NCBI GenBank assembly: GCA_964270895.1
Contig: OZ185440.1
DNA from: Podarcis filfolensis
Lineage: Eukaryota
Reading direction: 5' to 3' (one strand)
Length of the DNA stretch: 64,000 bases
Shown here: in pieces, positions 61,231 through 64,000 of the stretch
Position numbering within the stretch: the stretch's first letter is position 1
How the letters are laid out: every line of letters begins with the position of its first letter
The notes under the pieces: generated by a model
The model's database searches: none
Told to the model about the DNA's origin: nothing
Seen by the model: the letters and a program-made list of their open reading frames with translations, nothing else
Program-made: the position numbers and the translations under genes

Positions 61231-62156
61231 ACCACGTCACTGAGGAAGGATGAGTGGATATTGTTGGTAAGTAATCTATAAGAATGGCCCACATGGGATA
61301 TTTTGCTAAAAATCCTCCCCACCCCTGAATTTGTATTTCACCACACACAAGCAGAGTGTGGAATTTCAGTCACAACTGTGACTCTAGCATTAATATCGTT
61401 TAATGTTGTTTTTAACATTGTTGAGGGAAGCAGTAGGCTTGACCTCTATTAATTCTAGTCTTCCTCTCTTAGTCCTTTCCTTCCTTCCTTCATCCATCAA
61501 TATGAATCAGAAGCACTCCCCCCCAGGGGGTACTCAAGAGTACACCGTACCAGCACCTCTTTCTTCTTGTTGTTAAAAAGTGTGGCAATTGCTTTAACAA
61601 CTTCATGGTGAATACCTCTTTTTATAGGGGGAAAACACTGAATTGGTATTATAGTTTCATTAAGTATTAACTGAGCAAACACCTTTCAGAAGATCTTTTC
61701 CAGAGAATATTTTGTGGATTTCTTTGCGGGGGCCTGCATCCCCACACCCAGCCATTCAGGAATCCCATCTTACACCTGCAGAATATTTGGCAAAAATGGC
61801 ATTCTCCAGTTTGGCCGGCTACAGATAGGATCAGAAACTTTGGGACACCATTTTCAGTCAGCCCTGACAGGAGCTGGTACCACAATTTTCAGGAGGTTTG
61901 CATTGAAAATGGTGGTGAATTGGGGCGAGATTCACCTAATGAATCCTGCCCAGTGGAAGCTTGTGCAAGGACCTCTGCTAGCAGCTTGGGGCTTTTTCTC
62001 TCCCTCAAATGACTCTGGATTGTGTATGTCAGAAAATCCCCTGGAACAGCTCACAGGGCAAGGAGAGGGCAGATTGTTCCATCAGGTAAGCAAAAACACT
62101 TGCATTGATGGAGCTATCTGCTTTGCACTATGCTGAATTCCTCCCTTGCTTTTTAA

Positions 62157-62158
<2 letters not shown>

Positions 62159-62199
<41 letters not shown>
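62159..62199. repeat. (GT)n microsatellite
   Basis: About 20 units, direct reading. Confidence 0.97.
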
Positions 62200-62200
<1 letters not shown>

Positions 62201-62880
62201 TGTTGTACTTCCTTACATTGCAAACCCCCAAATCTTGCAAAACATTTGATATTCAGAGTAATCTGTGATAACCAACGCCAGAAACATGCAGCGCTATTTC
62301 TTAACCTACATCTGAGTGGCATAGAGATTGGTGATACAAATGCACACGCACAACCATTTCAAAAAGATTCAGGGGGGAAAAACCCCAACATTTTGAAATG
62401 CAAAAATCCAAGCAAACCACCCATTTATTATCTTCCATAAATATAACTTGAGCAGCAGCATGTGTCTCTATTCTGTATCAGCAAAAATAATGGTGTTGCC
62501 CAGCAGTTTAGAACTGGAATTTCAATCAAAAGCAGTGATAAAATGTCCTTTGATCTGAACGCATCCATCATAAAAACAACAACCCAGTTCCTGCTCTGTT
62601 ATCTTACTCAGAATTTTGTAAAGATATTCTGTGATGACAGAGGGGGGAAGAAAATTATTTCCTCAAAGTACTGAAAAATGCACACCCAGAGACAAAACGT
62701 GCCTATCATAAAGCAGACTGTTCTGGGGATGTCTGTTTCGGAGAGGTAAATCAGCCTTTCATTAGGGTTCCAATCCCTTGGTAATTTTGGTTCCACTTTT
62801 CTGAAACCTTTTCAGCCCTACAGCTTTCTTTTTGAGATGAGGTGACCAGAATTTATTTGCAGATTCCAAATATTTCACAA

Positions 62881-63535
62881 TAGAGGAGGGCAGCCAAGAT
62901 GGCTGAGGGTCTGGAAACCAAGCCTTGTGAGGAATGGTTGAGCGAATTGGTTATGTTCAGTACAGTGGTACCTCGGGTTACAGACGCTTCAGGTTACAGA
63001 CACGTCAGGTTACAGACTCCGCTAACCCAGAAATAGTACCTCGGGTTAAGAACTTTGCTTCAGGATGAGAACAGAAATCGTGCTCCGGCGGTGCGGCAGC
63101 AGTGGGAGGCCCCATTAGCTAAAGTGGTACCTCAGGTTAAGAACAGTTTCAGGTTAAGGACGGACCTCCAGAACAAATTAAGTTCTTAACCCGAGGTACC
63201 ACCGTATGAGTAAGAAGTGACTGAGAGGAGATTTGATAGTCATCTTCAACTATCTAAAGGGCTGTCACATGGAAGACAGACCAAGCTTGCTTTCTCCTGC
63301 TCCTGAGGGCAGGATCCAAACTAATGGCTACACGAAAGTTACAAGTTGAAAGAAAGAAGATTCTGAATGAACCTCAGGAAGAACTTTATGACAGTAAGAG
63401 CTGTTTGACTGTGGAATGGACTCCCTTGGAAAGCAATGGACCTTCATTGGAGGTTTTTAAGCAGAGGTTGGATTGCCATTTGTCAGGAATGCTTTTGTTG
63501 AGATTCCTGCATTGCAACTCTCCAATTCTATGATC
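62881..63535 (+). mobile_element. CR1 LINE 3' fragment interrupted by a MITE
   Basis: AGGAGGGCAGCCAAGATGG...CAAGCCTTGTGAGGAATGGTTG before the MITE, and GACTGAGAGGAGATTTGATAG...GGAGGTTTTTAAGCAGAGGTTGG...ATTCTATGAT after it. Reverse-homologous to 15131-15720. Confidence 0.9.
62963..63204 (-). mobile_element. Tc1/mariner-type MITE, copy 4 (opposite orientation, nested in CR1)
   Basis: CAGTGGTACCTCGGGTTACAG...TAACCCGAGGTACCACCG with TA at 62961-62962 and 63205-63206. Confidence 0.93.
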
Positions 63536-64000
63536 ATCATGAATTTGTCTTTAATCAGGATTTAATAGCAAGCCATATCAAACCAGAAGCTGTTTTCTGT
63601 TCTTGATGACCAAGCTATATTTGATAGCAACATGCAAACCAACATACAAGATTACTTAAAATCTGTGGTGGATCTCGAAGTACTATATGGGAACTAATGA
63701 CCTAAGGAATTGACTACGATCAGTGCTATCTCATACCTTCGCTTTTGCTCTTTAGCACATCATCCACAGATGAACTCTTTTTCACTCGAAGACTCCTATG
63801 CACTCAAGGAGAAAAGTTCGCATACACCTTCAGTTTTAGTCCTGAGCAATGTCAGTTTGTTTGAAGTGACTTCCTTGCAAAATATGTGGAACAAGCTTGA
63901 TATATGGATCATTCCCATCATGTGAAGAATTTTCCTCTGCCATTGCATGTTCCTGGAAGCATCTGTTACTGGGGAGGAAGTTTCTCCATAAGATTTAGAG

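Noticed and set aside
61714-62136. 140-aa ORF with a CAG|GTAAGC donor at about 62085
   Set aside because: GTG start, no recognisable homology and no convincing acceptor.

Overview
This is vertebrate nuclear DNA, most likely from a lacertid lizard; that is inferred from the repeat families and not confirmed by a search. The window reads as intronic or intergenic. I could not recognise any host protein-coding exon, rRNA, functional tRNA gene or CRISPR array. The only ORFs I could assign to known proteins are decayed LINE fragments (CR1, L2, BovB/RTE, L1). It holds four copies of a TA-flanked Tc1/mariner-type MITE, several hAT-type MITEs with 8-bp TSDs, MIR/Ther1-like (Squam3-like) SINEs and tRNA-head/CR1-tail SINEs. 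It also holds four near-full-length solo-LTR-like elements plus one partial copy, several nested insertions, microsatellites and some TE-poor stretches that may be regulatory. The most interesting signal is in the solo-LTR-like family. The copies differ in sequence but keep the same folding pattern: an outer stem pairing into the AATAAA signal, an inner long-range stem, and a hairpin showing compensatory changes. All family names come from remembered consensus sequences and need RepeatMasker/Dfam/BLAST confirmation.
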